The position numbers and the translations under genes are program-made. Below the pieces are notes generated by a model. That model was not told the DNA's origin and did no database searches. It saw only the letters and a program-made list of their open reading frames with translations. From Candidatus Poseidoniales archaeon (GTDB lineage Archaea > Thermoplasmatota > Poseidoniia > Poseidoniales > Thalassarchaeaceae), in NCBI GenBank assembly GCA_012964335.1, contig DTUF01000037.1, positions 21,411-85,410 of the forward strand: 64,000 bases of DNA. The letters run 5' to 3'. Positions 46,898 to 59,220 of this stretch are shown here, piece by piece; position 1 is the first letter of the stretch, and the number at the start of each line of letters is the position of its first letter.

Positions 46898-48694
46898 ATG
46901 ACAGTAATACCACCCACCTGGCTTGAGGGTCTGCTTGGGACGCTCATTCTCTCTTTACTGGTTGCAATCGCTATCCGTTGGGTGAGACTTCCCTACACAA
47001 TCGCACTGGTAATTGTCGGCCTTGTTCTAGGCTGGCTCGGCAAATCTATGTTCGCTGGACTAGAGCCTGGCGGCGGGTTACTATCGGCCGAATTAATTCT
47101 CTTCATTCTGCTTCCACCTCTCTTGTTTGAAGGCTCGTCAGCGATGCACATTGACAAACTGCGTCAGAATTGGAAAACCATCTCACTATTAGCGATTCCA
47201 GGCGTATTACTGAATACATTGATTATTGGACTAATCTGCTGGCGATTTGTTTGGTGGGGTGAAGACAATGGTCTGCTTTACGGGCTCTTGGTTGGCTCAA
47301 TTTTAGCGGCTACGGACCCGGTTAGCGTTCTTGCGTTGGTGCGCTCTTTAGGTGCTCCGAAGCGACTTTCCGTACTACTTGAGGGAGAGTCTTTGTTTAA
47401 CGATGGGACCGCGATTGTGGTTTTCAACATCATTTTAGTAACTACACTTTCGGTGATTGCAGGTCAATCTATTGACCTTGGTAATGTCATCACGGATGGT
47501 ATTGCCTCCTTCATCTTGGTTGTGACGATTGGGGTTGTTGCAGGATACATCTGTGGAATGGTTGCCAATCATTTATTGCAGCAGAGTGAGGACCATTTGG
47601 TAGAAATTGCTCTTACTGTTGCTCTCGCCTTTGGCTCGTTTTTACTAGCTGAAATGATGCAAGGAAGCGGTGTAATTTCTGTTGTTGTTGCTGGTCTTTT
47701 AGTTGGCAATAAGGGTGTACAAGAAGGGATGACTCCTACCGCCCGAGTAGGTTTACATCACTTTTGGGAAGTGGTATCTTTCCTTGTTAACAGTATCTTA
47801 TTCGTCTTGGTGGGCTATGAGTTGCAATCTGTTTTATCATGGGACATTCACACGGGTTATCTTGCCTTAATTGCTATTGTTGGGGCTTTAGTTGCCCGAT
47901 TAGTGGTGTTCCCACTTACCGGTTTGGCAAACATGGGTGAGCCAAGGAAAATTGATCGAAGATGGCAATTGGCGATGTGGTGGGGCGGCCTTCGAGGAAG
48001 TATTCCGATTGCCTTGCTACTCTTGCTTTCACATATTGTTCACGATGGCCAGAAATTATTAATCAATGGGGAGATTGTTAATATCAAATTTGACGAAACC
48101 ATTTATCACGATATGTTAGTGCTAGCCTTCAGCGTGATTTTATTCACTTTGGTGGTGCAAGGGTTAACGATGAAACCGTTGCTGCATAAGTTGGGAATTT
48201 CTGGAAGATTAGCTGAGAGTGAAGCCCGCTATGAATCGTCACTCGCTCGGCTTGTTGCCTCGCGCGCAGCATTGAGAAAGTTATCATCTCTAAGTACTCA
48301 GGGTTTGATTAGTGAAATTGACCGCGAGCGCATGGCTACACCCTATCATGCGAGTATTGAAAAAGCAAAAATTAGAATTGATGATTTAGCAAAAACATCG
48401 TTAGTTCACGCCAGCCGAATTGAGTCAGCTCGGCGTGATCTCATCCGCGCCGAAATCGAAGCCTTACGCGAGGCTGAGAGGCTCGGGCAGTTGAATCCAC
48501 ACGTGATTAAAAGCACATTGAAAGGACTTGATTCTGCTCTTGCATCATCTGAATTTGCTCACGAAGAAATCACTGTAGTGAAAGACGCGTCATTTGAAGA
48601 ATTTGAAGAAGTAATGGACCCAGATGAATTGATTCCTGACTCAACTCAGTCTATTGTTCATGATGAAACATTGGCGGCAATTGAAGAAGAGTGA
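46898..48694 (+). CDS. Na+/H+ antiporter (CPA1/NhaP family) with a cytoplasmic C-terminal domain
   Basis: About 11-12 TMs. Motifs include LLPPLLFEGS and ATDPVSVLAL. A soluble coiled tail of about 180 aa follows. GAGGT lies 3 nt upstream of the ATG. Confidence 0.85.
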   Translation: MTVIPPTWLEGLLGTLILSLLVAIAIRWVRLPYTIALVIVGLVLGWLGKSMFAGLEPGGGLLSAELILFILLPPLLFEGSSAMHIDKLRQNWKTISLLAIPGVLLNTLIIGLICWRFVWWGEDNGLLYGLLVGSILAATDPVSVLALVRSLGAPKRLSVLLEGESLFNDGTAIVVFNIILVTTLSVIAGQSIDLGNVITDGIASFILVVTIGVVAGYICGMVANHLLQQSEDHLVEIALTVALAFGSFLLAEMMQGSGVISVVVAGLLVGNKGVQEGMTPTARVGLHHFWEVVSFLVNSILFVLVGYELQSVLSWDIHTGYLALIAIVGALVARLVVFPLTGLANMGEPRKIDRRWQLAMWWGGLRGSIPIALLLLLSHIVHDGQKLLINGEIVNIKFDETIYHDMLVLAFSVILFTLVVQGLTMKPLLHKLGISGRLAESEARYESSLARLVASRAALRKLSSLSTQGLISEIDRERMATPYHASIEKAKIRIDDLAKTSLVHASRIESARRDLIRAEIEALREAERLGQLNPHVIKSTLKGLDSALASSEFAHEEITVVKDASFEEFEEVMDPDELIPDSTQSIVHDETLAAIEEE

Positions 48695-48735
48695 CTATAG
48701 TTTAGCCTTGTAGAGTTAATGGATAATCTCTCGCG

Positions 48736-50145
48736 ATGCTTTTAGAGAGCCTTCATCACGGCCAAATCATGATATCGGCTGAGCAGTTGGTGTTGCTGGT
48801 ATTCATCGGCGCATTCGCCCTTATTCTTTCTGAGAAATTGCACCGTACAATTGCTGCTTGGATTGGTTGCGTTTTTATTCTCTTTATTGGAAAGATTACT
48901 AACGTTTTTAATCTTGCAAGCGCGCATTCATTAGAAGAAGAAATGCTGTCTTGGGTTGATTTCCATGTTATAGGATTGCTCATGGGAATGATGATTTTCG
49001 CAGCAGTTCTTGAGTTCTGCGGATTCTTTGAATATGTTGCTATTAAAGCTACAAAATTATCTAAGGGAGATCCTTGGATGTTGGTGGTTTATCTAGGTAC
49101 ATTTACCACAATTATTTCACTATTTATTGATAACGTGACGGCAATTATCATTATCGCTCCTGTGACTCTTAGAATGTGTCAAAAATTAGAGATTAATCCG
49201 ATACCTCCTCTGTTAGCGGAAGCCATACTTTCTGATACAGGCGGTGTTGCTTCAATGGTTGGTGACCCACCAAATGTGATGATTGCCGCCTATGCAAACA
49301 CAGAGGGTTTAGTTGGCTTTGACTTCAATGGTTTTCTAATTCACCTAGGTATCCTTACGTTGTTATCATGGGTTGCCACTCTAGGCTACATGCGGTGGTA
49401 TTATCGGGAATGGAGAGGTAAGAAACCAGAGCACATTGAACATATCCTTGAAGAAGATGAGTGGGACGCTGTTGACGACCCACAAATGATGAAGTTAACA
49501 CTTGCAGTTCTTGGCCTGACTGTAGTGGCATTCTCAGCCTCAGGTATGTTTTCAGATGCTCTAGGATTTGAACTAGGAATCCATGCAATTTCTCTATCGG
49601 GTGCCGGTCTCATTTTAGCCTTAGCACGGCCCAAGGAAGAGACTCTACGGGAAGGTTTCCTAAATGAGATAATTGACAAGGTTGAATGGCAAGCTTTGCT
49701 GTTTTTCGCTGGTCTCTTCATTCTAGTTGGGGCGGTTGAAGAAGTTGGGTATTTGACATATGTTGCAGAATTTGTTTACAACATTTCAGGCGGCGATGAA
49801 TTATACTTAGCGATTACCATAATTTGGGTATCAGCAGGTGCTTCTGCAATCATTGATAATATTCCATTTACCGCCGCGATGATCCCAGTAATCGCAGGTA
49901 TGGGAATACAATACGGAGTTAATACTACCCCGCTTTATTGGGCACTCGCAATGGGTGCTGGATTTGGTGGAAATGCAACACCAATCGGCTCTTCTGCTAA
50001 TGTGATGACAGTAGCAATAAGTGAACGTGGTAGCCACCCAATCACCACCAAGGAATGGGCAAAGGTTGGTTTGCCGGTGACTGTAATAACCTGTTTTGTG
50101 GCCACGATTTTCATGCTTCTATTCCATGGTGTTCTCTACTCCTGA
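48736..50145 (+). CDS. ArsB/NhaD superfamily ion transporter (citrate-transporter-like permease)
   Basis: Polytopic membrane protein with the duplicated motifs IDNVTAIIIIAPV and IDNIPFTAAMIPV, plus GGNATPIGSSAN. Confidence 0.8.
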   Translation: MLLESLHHGQIMISAEQLVLLVFIGAFALILSEKLHRTIAAWIGCVFILFIGKITNVFNLASAHSLEEEMLSWVDFHVIGLLMGMMIFAAVLEFCGFFEYVAIKATKLSKGDPWMLVVYLGTFTTIISLFIDNVTAIIIIAPVTLRMCQKLEINPIPPLLAEAILSDTGGVASMVGDPPNVMIAAYANTEGLVGFDFNGFLIHLGILTLLSWVATLGYMRWYYREWRGKKPEHIEHILEEDEWDAVDDPQMMKLTLAVLGLTVVAFSASGMFSDALGFELGIHAISLSGAGLILALARPKEETLREGFLNEIIDKVEWQALLFFAGLFILVGAVEEVGYLTYVAEFVYNISGGDELYLAITIIWVSAGASAIIDNIPFTAAMIPVIAGMGIQYGVNTTPLYWALAMGAGFGGNATPIGSSANVMTVAISERGSHPITTKEWAKVGLPVTVITCFVATIFMLLFHGVLYS

Positions 50146-50310
50146 GTCACCGCGCCATTGGTGATCTGTGACGATTTTATTACGCTGATTATGTGAACTG
50201 ATTTGGTTCCTTTACAGTGCTTAGTTTGAGAAAATATTTTCATTTTTCCTTAGGCGATTTTGATACCCAGTATAACGGTAGCATCAAAGAGGAGCACGCA
50301 TCCACACAGG

Positions 50311-51654
50311 ATGATGCAGGAGTGCGACGCCTGCGGGCTGATTTTTGGTGGCAAAGATATTTGTCCTTCTTGTGGTAGCAGAATATCACATCTTGCTGAA
50401 GTCTCAGATTCAGATGGCAAAATGGTTCCAAGTGGTGAACTTCCAGGACTTAACCAATTGGTTACCTCGATGGATGGTGTTGAAAAAATAGATATGGAGA
50501 CTTCTAATTCACTTCCTCGTACTTCCTTACCATTTTCAATTGGGGGGTCTACCGGTGGAGAAACCTCACTTCCTTTTGGGGTTGGTAGTCCAAGTAGAGG
50601 CGAAGAGGAAATTGATGATTCAAACGATGTTCCTGACCCAACTCCTAGTGAAGAAGAAGCTGAAGAATCTTCAAATGAAATAGATGAACAAGTTGAAACA
50701 TCCGAGGTACAAATTCAAACACCTGATGAACAAGTTGAAACTTCTGTTGAGCAAATACAGGTGGTCAAACTGGCTCAGCCAGAACAAGAAGTGATGTTGG
50801 TTGCAAGAATTTTAACTGATGTTGATGAGGCTATAGATGATGACACCAAAATCGAAGAAGAACCTGAAATAAAAGTTTTTGAAGGTGGTTCTTCACCAAG
50901 TGAAGCCATAAATTATTCTACCACAGAGGGCACTGTAGAAGGTGTTGACCAAGATGTAATTCTGCATGAGGAAGATGTAGTCTACCACGACTTTGGTGAT
51001 GAGTCACTAGTCAGTGAAGTCTATGTTGATTATGACACTTTTGTTGACCCTGCAACTTCCTCAGTTTCATTTGACCCAACGGCGATGGAAGGGACAGATC
51101 CGCAATTAATGCCGGCTCGGGCATTAGCAGTCACAGACCTTGGAGATTCTGGCTTGCAGGAGCAGGCGCATATTGGATTCGCCGCCTTGGCGCAATCGAA
51201 CTGGCAAGAGGCAGCAGATTGTTTCAGAAAAATCTGCGAATCACAACCAACAAATGCTGCTGCGCTCAACAATTTTGGTCTCTCATTATTGCAACAAGCA
51301 TTGTTAGTTCAAGAGGAGAGGCCCAGTCAATATCCGGCAGATGAACCACATTTTGAGGCATCTGTATTAGCACTGAGACAAGCTGCAAAAGCATCAAAAA
51401 ATGATGCATCGGTGATTTGCAACCTTGCAACCGCTCTCAGTTCCTGCCATCGCCACGATACTGCACTCAAGTTCTACGATGCTGCATTATCACTAGATTC
51501 AGAGGACGTTTCATCAATAAACGGTAAGGCGGTTTCAATGATTGGAATCCGTGAATTTGACGAGGCTACAGAATTGCTCCGACAAGCATCTGGCCTCGCT
51601 CCGGATAACGAGTTGATTTCGGGTAATCTTCACCGCATCTCACCTATGGGTTGA
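50311..51654 (+). CDS. Zinc-ribbon / acidic linker / TPR-repeat protein
   Basis: MMQECDACGLIFGGKDICPSCGS is followed by a long Glu/Asp-rich linker. C-terminal TPR-like repeats include NWQEAADCFRKICESQPTNAAALNNFG and HDTALKFYDAALSLDSEDVSSINGKA. The track start is 50260. Confidence 0.7.
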   Translation: MMQECDACGLIFGGKDICPSCGSRISHLAEVSDSDGKMVPSGELPGLNQLVTSMDGVEKIDMETSNSLPRTSLPFSIGGSTGGETSLPFGVGSPSRGEEEIDDSNDVPDPTPSEEEAEESSNEIDEQVETSEVQIQTPDEQVETSVEQIQVVKLAQPEQEVMLVARILTDVDEAIDDDTKIEEEPEIKVFEGGSSPSEAINYSTTEGTVEGVDQDVILHEEDVVYHDFGDESLVSEVYVDYDTFVDPATSSVSFDPTAMEGTDPQLMPARALAVTDLGDSGLQEQAHIGFAALAQSNWQEAADCFRKICESQPTNAAALNNFGLSLLQQALLVQEERPSQYPADEPHFEASVLALRQAAKASKNDASVICNLATALSSCHRHDTALKFYDAALSLDSEDVSSINGKAVSMIGIREFDEATELLRQASGLAPDNELISGNLHRISPMG

Positions 51655-51925
51655 CACAACCTTAATTTATTCAGTGAAATCGCACTCTATACCACATTTA
51701 GCCGCATCGTAAAAAAGGCGTCTAATTCGGTGCATTCATAAAGGGGAGGTAGGTCGGCGAGATGCTTACAATGCACCTTGTGATGTACACATTACAAGGG
51801 AAGTAGATTGAGAACGCCTCGCCCTGTGGGGAAACGAGGTGTTTTATGAAATCGAGATAGATAGATTCCTGGACACCAGAGGACTCACACAGGAAAGTGT
51901 GGAGTAAGAGAATAAAAAGCAAATT

Positions 51926-54804
<2,879 letters not shown>

Positions 54805-54881
54805 TTTTTTTTGTTCACTAGCTACACACACTTGTGTGGGCCTCTGTTCAACAGTGAATCTTTTCTATCTTATTCGAAAGT

Positions 54882-54999
54882 GTACACGACCATAGCGAAG
54901 GGGTAATACCCGGTCCCATTCCGAACCCGGCAGTCAAGCCCTTCTGCGTCGCTCCTGGTACTGTGGTGCGAGAGCCCACGGAAACGGTCGTCGTTGTGT
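54882..54999 (+). rRNA. rrf: 5S ribosomal RNA
   Basis: ACGACCATAGCGAAGGGGTAATACCCGGTCCCATTCCGAACCCGGCAGTCAAGCCCTTCTGCG...GGAAACGGTCGT matches the 5S consensus (CCGAAC loop, helix I ACGACC/GGTCGT). The ends are uncertain by about 5 nt because the flanks extend the helix. Confidence 0.85.
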
Positions 55000-55009
55000 C
55001 GCTTTTCCG

Positions 55010-55064
55010 CTTCCATCAGTCGCTTCGGCGGCTGGTGGAAGCACCTTCCCCACACCTTTTATTT
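55010..55064 (+). terminator. 14-bp hairpin with a UUCG tetraloop followed by a T-rich tract, directly after the 5S rRNA
   Basis: CTTCCATCAGTCGC-TTCG-GCGGCTGGTGGAAG (55010-55041) forms 12 Watson-Crick pairs and 2 G-U pairs. TTTTATTT follows at 55057-55064. Its function as a terminator or processing element is inferred. Confidence 0.35.
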
Positions 55065-55199
55065 CACAAATGGCCGATAGGCTCGCCTATCAATCACATT
55101 AAATTCCATTCACCTATTTTTTCTAGAGTGTCAATATGCTATAATTTCCAAATTGATGATAGCGGTATGGCTAAGACGGGTAGGCCGTCCGCCCGAATT

Positions 55200-55205
55200 A
55201 GGTGA
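55200..55205 (+). promoter_or_regulatory. Shine-Dalgarno-like AGGTGA, 4 nt upstream of the aIF6 ATG
   Basis: The sequence reads AGGTGA-AAGC-ATG (55210). Confidence 0.5.
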
Positions 55206-55209
55206 AAGC

Positions 55210-55872
55210 ATGACTGTGCTCAGTGGTGACATTCTAGGACATTCCCAGGCAGGGGTTTATGTCTCAGTTATCGGTGATGTTTTGTTCCTACCTCTTGCAC
55301 TTCAGAAGAGTGACGTTGAGATCATTGAAACAGCTTTAGAGTTAGAATCAGTTCAGTTAACCATTGGTGGTTCAAACCTAATTGGCTCGCTTATTGAGGG
55401 TAATTCACATGGCATGGGTGTTGCGGATATCGCAGGTCCTGACGACATTGACAAACTCACAAGTTATGGGGATGTTGTGGTGATGGAGAGTTCGGTAAAC
55501 GCTGCTGGCAATCTTCTTCTTGCTAACGAAAATGGTGTTCTCGCCAGTACAGTGGTTCCAAAAGAAGGATTAGAAATTCTATCTGATGCATTGAAAGTTC
55601 CTGCAGCTAATGTTTCAATTGCTGGTCAAGAAGTAATTGGTAGCCTTGGCGTCTGTAATGATATGGGTGTAGTAGTTCACCCTGATGTGTCTGAACCTGA
55701 AGTGAAAATTGTTGAGAAAATTTTAGGGGTTACAGCCATGGTAGGAACTGTAAGTTTTGGTTCGCCTTTAGTTGGGGCTGGAATCGTTTGTAGCAATAAT
55801 GGTGCATTTGCTGGTGGCGATACTACTGGTCCAGAATTAAATCGGATAGAAGATGCGCTTGGGCTCATTTGA
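55210..55872 (+). CDS. eif6: Translation initiation factor 6 (aIF6)
   Basis: 220 aa with the pentein-type internal repeats GHSQAGVYV, GGSNLIGSLIEGNSHGMGV, NAAGNLLLANENGVLAS, GQEVIGSLGVCNDMGVVV and GSPLVGAGIVCSNNGAFA. The track start (55153) adds a non-conserved extension. Confidence 0.85.
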   Translation: MTVLSGDILGHSQAGVYVSVIGDVLFLPLALQKSDVEIIETALELESVQLTIGGSNLIGSLIEGNSHGMGVADIAGPDDIDKLTSYGDVVVMESSVNAAGNLLLANENGVLASTVVPKEGLEILSDALKVPAANVSIAGQEVIGSLGVCNDMGVVVHPDVSEPEVKIVEKILGVTAMVGTVSFGSPLVGAGIVCSNNGAFAGGDTTGPELNRIEDALGLI

Positions 55873-55894
55873 CGAACACTTCGGTACCCTCGCT

Positions 55895-56053
55895 TCATGG
55901 TGCATTGTTGAGGAAGAAGTACAACATCAATCCTGTCAATACAAGGAAAACGAAAAATCCTATCACGGATTTCTTTGTGCCGAACTGGGGATTGTGAATA
56001 TCGTGCCTCTTTTCAAGACTTTCAAGTCGAACCTCAGTGTCATCGTCGGACAT
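55895..56053 (-). CDS. Possible small tail-anchored membrane protein (52 aa, or 68 aa from ATG 56101)
   Basis: MSDDDTEVRLESLEKRHDIHNPQFGTKKSVIGFFVFLVLTGLMLYFFLNNAP has a charged N-terminus and a single C-terminal TM. No SD and no family recognised. Confidence 0.3.
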   Translation of the reverse strand: MSDDDTEVRLESLEKRHDIHNPQFGTKKSVIGFFVFLVLTGLMLYFFLNNAP

Positions 56054-56279
56054 GATAATCCGATTAAACAGAACTAATTGAACCCTCCTCTGTGAATCCA
56101 TGAGGATTCAAACCGTGTTCAAATTGTTTCTCAGTGAAGCAAAAGGTTAGTGCATAACACCCTTTGATTCAGAATCGGTGAATGAATGGGCATTCAGTGG
56201 GCTCTTTCATTGCCTACTCTTTTCTTCAAGGATCAAGACTCCTAGGGGTTGTTTAATTCCAGATTAGGTATTACCTGTA

Positions 56280-57581
56280 TTAATTTGCACTTTGTACTGG
56301 GTCTGATTTTCCAACAGAGCCACGGAACCAATGCAAGAATAGGTAGGTTGAGAGCAGGTAAGTTACCGCCATCACCACGAAGGGGGTTCTGAAATCACCA
56401 GTCTGCATCATAGATGCACCTAGATATGCGCCGAGGGCAGCCAAGGCGCTTGAGAACATACTAGAAATACCGACAAAGGTAGCCCTTTCAGATGGTTGTA
56501 ATTGACCCATACTGAATGAGTCCATAACCGGATTTGACATGTTGAACAGGGTGGTTCGTAATACCCAGGCTAGACCTGCTAGTGAGACCACGGTTTCGGG
56601 TGTGGCTAAGGCTGGTGCAAATCCAATGAGCAGAATGAAAGGTATAGCTGCAAATCTAGTCCAGTAGATTGAGGCTACTTCTCCGAGTTTGTCTACTACA
56701 AATGGGGCTAAGAATGCTCCAATCGCTAAAAACAAAGAACCTACAGCAAAAACGGTGCCGATTTCATACTCGCTTGCATGTGCATCTTCAAGAAAGAAGA
56801 CATTTGCTAGTCTTAGGACAAAACCAGCACCAAGGGATAGGATTGCTGAAATCGCCACGAAACGAAATACAGTTTGCGGGGTCTTTATTGCTGAAAAGAT
56901 GCCCTTCTTCTGAACCCCCTCTTTGTTTGTGTCAGGCCCAACTGAATCCTCCTCGATGATTGGGTTTCGTCGTAACAGAACTGCCGGTACTAGAGAAATA
57001 AACCAGCCGGCAATTCCAACATGCACTGCCAAACGGTAGGCTTCAATGGTTGACATTCCATCATCAACCAACATTAGTGGTAGGAAGCCAGCGATTAAAG
57101 CTCCAAACATCGCAGCTAATGTACGGAATCCGGTGCCAACACTGAACAGGTGAATTCTCTCTTTAGGCTCTGAATTTTCAGCCATGAAAGGAACTTCAGT
57201 AACATGATGCAGAGAGCCGAATGCCGCGGCAACCGCGGAGAATGCTAAGATGGTGGTCCCATCGGTTGACATTATCAAGACGACCGAGCATATCGCACCA
57301 CCACCATCGCCAATTATGAATCCCCATTTACGATCAAGTTTGTCGGCCAAACGGCCTGCTGGTACCGAGGCTAAGGCCGATGCAATTCCAAGAATCGCCA
57401 GCCTCAATCCAATGAAAGAAATGGGGAATCCAAGAGCAAGTAGGTAGAGATTGAACAGTACTTCCCAAGCGCCGTGAATCACATCCATGCCAAATATGTG
57501 CAGTAAATACATCCGAGCGTTCCAGCCAAAACTGCGGATCTTACCTAAGTAACTCAGTTCTTGCTGGTCTTTTTCACTCAT
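56280..57581 (-). CDS. MFS transporter
   Basis: About 12 TMs. An MFS motif-A-like segment GRLADKLDRKWGF lies between TM2 and TM3. Confidence 0.8.
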   Translation of the reverse strand: MSEKDQQELSYLGKIRSFGWNARMYLLHIFGMDVIHGAWEVLFNLYLLALGFPISFIGLRLAILGIASALASVPAGRLADKLDRKWGFIIGDGGGAICSVVLIMSTDGTTILAFSAVAAAFGSLHHVTEVPFMAENSEPKERIHLFSVGTGFRTLAAMFGALIAGFLPLMLVDDGMSTIEAYRLAVHVGIAGWFISLVPAVLLRRNPIIEEDSVGPDTNKEGVQKKGIFSAIKTPQTVFRFVAISAILSLGAGFVLRLANVFFLEDAHASEYEIGTVFAVGSLFLAIGAFLAPFVVDKLGEVASIYWTRFAAIPFILLIGFAPALATPETVVSLAGLAWVLRTTLFNMSNPVMDSFSMGQLQPSERATFVGISSMFSSALAALGAYLGASMMQTGDFRTPFVVMAVTYLLSTYLFLHWFRGSVGKSDPVQSAN

Positions 57582-57596
57582 CTGTTGACTCCCTAA

Positions 57597-58508
57597 TCAG
57601 AACACTTGCCCTGTCAAACGCTCAAACATGGAGGCGTAAAGAGCGGCGGTCTTGTCAATTATCTCTTGGGGGAGGGCCGGGATAGGGGGTTCTTCCCTAC
57701 CTGAATCACGTGCGTCGTACAACTCTTTGTGATGGCTAGAAGCGATGTAATACTCGCGCACAAACTCCTTTGAAAGGGACACAATTTCACCTTCCGCATA
57801 GGTATCTGCGTCCCACCAGCGGTCTTCGTCTAAAGTGCCAAATGAGTCTACAAGTACGGGTTTTCTGTCTTTTCCAAGCGCGAACTCCTTCTTCCCATCA
57901 ACGTGGATGAGGCCTCGTGCCCCCGCTTCTTTCTCAATAATTGCATCAATTTTTAGGACGCAATCCATTATCGCATCAAATTCTTCATCTGTGAGATTTG
58001 AGATTTTCAATGCTTCCTCACGGTCAAGGGTTCTATCAAACGCTTCAAACTTGGTTGAGACTTCAAGGTAAGGCGCGGGTAATTTCACACCATCTTGCAA
58101 TACTGTTCCCGGTTCAAATCCGAATTCAGAAGATTCAACCTTTCCATCCGTATAACGCTTGAAGGCTGAACCAGTTAGATGATGCCTGCAAATTACTTCT
58201 AGCGGAACGAACACATTTTCCATATCACGTGGAATTGCACCAGGCTCTTTGATGACTGCAAACTTAGTACCCAAACATCGGTCAGGCGCATTCATCTCAA
58301 TCATGTGTGTATCACAAATACCAGCCTCTTCCACCAACTTGAACCAGTGACAAGTTGTTCGATTTAGGCTCTCACCTTTGCGCGGAATAAGTGAGGGGAT
58401 AATTTGGTCGAACACAGAAATTTGGTCTGTATAACGAAATTCAAGCACATCTTCGTCGTCCGTCGACCACACCTGTTTGACCTTCCCTGAGTAAAGTAAC
58501 TCTCCCAT
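57597..58508 (-). CDS. purC: Phosphoribosylaminoimidazole-succinocarboxamide (SAICAR) synthase
   Basis: Contains LLYSGKVKQVWSTDD..LEFRYTDQISVFD, GLIHVDGKKEFAL and DSFGTLDEDRWW. This is the long PurC form. Confidence 0.9.
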   Translation of the reverse strand: MGELLYSGKVKQVWSTDDEDVLEFRYTDQISVFDQIIPSLIPRKGESLNRTTCHWFKLVEEAGICDTHMIEMNAPDRCLGTKFAVIKEPGAIPRDMENVFVPLEVICRHHLTGSAFKRYTDGKVESSEFGFEPGTVLQDGVKLPAPYLEVSTKFEAFDRTLDREEALKISNLTDEEFDAIMDCVLKIDAIIEKEAGARGLIHVDGKKEFALGKDRKPVLVDSFGTLDEDRWWDADTYAEGEIVSLSKEFVREYYIASSHHKELYDARDSGREEPPIPALPQEIIDKTAALYASMFERLTGQVF

Positions 58509-58553
58509 GGCAGTTTGCCATCGCGAGCCGTCCTTGAAGGTTGGCTTGCTCTC

Positions 58554-59207
58554 TTAGTGTGAAAAATGTAGCAAACCCATGCCTTGTCTTGCAGCACTTC
58601 TCACTACAATTTTCAGGTGTCTCATAATATCTGCAACACCGCCGTCAAGTGGTTCGTCTGCCCTGACTTTGAAGAGTCCAGCACTCAGTAATTTCTCAAG
58701 TAATACCGTTTCATCATGATCTAAGATACCATGCAGCCTTCCGAAAGGGCCGTTTTCAAACCGTTCATGTCCTCGAGATTTTTCAAACAATCCTTCATCA
58801 AGTTTGTCAATTAAAATCATCACATCTTGTTTTGAATCCGGTGGATTCCCTGACCAAGTTCTCAGGTAAGAAAGTGGGTTACCATCTCCCCAAGGGTAAC
58901 GTCCTAGCCTATTTCGAACTTTGCCATCACCAAATGTTCTGACTCTCTCTCCCGTATCATTTAGAGGTGTTAGACCAACGAGCAGAAGTGACGAGTCATT
59001 TTTCTCACATTGTTCTCTTCCATCATGTAGATTACACCCCTCATCTTCTAGAACCTGAGATAAATTGCTGTCAGATTTGACGAGTTCCATCAGAGCAGAA
59101 TCATCACCGTCAGCAGCTTGTTCAAGTGCTGAAATATAAGGTTCACAGATATCACCTCGTATGAGTGTGAAAGTGTGAAATGCGGGGGTTTCGTTACTAT
59201 TTGACAT
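58554..59207 (-). CDS. Hypothetical soluble protein (217 aa)
   Basis: AGGTGA-ATATC-ATG at 59218-59205 (minus strand) supports ATG 59207. It lies 13 nt downstream of the giant gene stop. No family recognised. Confidence 0.6.
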   Translation of the reverse strand: MSNSNETPAFHTFTLIRGDICEPYISALEQAADGDDSALMELVKSDSNLSQVLEDEGCNLHDGREQCEKNDSSLLLVGLTPLNDTGERVRTFGDGKVRNRLGRYPWGDGNPLSYLRTWSGNPPDSKQDVMILIDKLDEGLFEKSRGHERFENGPFGRLHGILDHDETVLLEKLLSAGLFKVRADEPLDGGVADIMRHLKIVVRSAARQGMGLLHFSH

Positions 59208-59212
59208 GATAT

Positions 59213-59218
59213 TCACCT
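59213..59218 (-). promoter_or_regulatory. Shine-Dalgarno-like AGGTGA, 5 nt upstream of ATG 59207
   Basis: The plus strand reads tcacct at 59213-59218, which is AGGTGA on the minus strand. Confidence 0.5.
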
Positions 59219-59220
59219 GA

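Noticed and set aside
51655-51925. Search for a tRNA, a 16S remnant or a small ORF (51722-51922, minus strand) in the 23S leader
   Set aside because: There is no T-loop/acceptor pattern (GGTTCRAnnCC) and no 16S-like conserved strings. The 66-aa ORF is antisense to a structured leader that contains hairpins (for example 51776-51799) and is best read as the rRNA precursor leader.
55153-55209. 19-aa N-terminal extension of aIF6 in the track ORF
   Set aside because: AGGTGA sits 4 nt before ATG 55210, and the conserved aIF6 sequence begins there. The extension overlaps the 5S downstream hairpin region.
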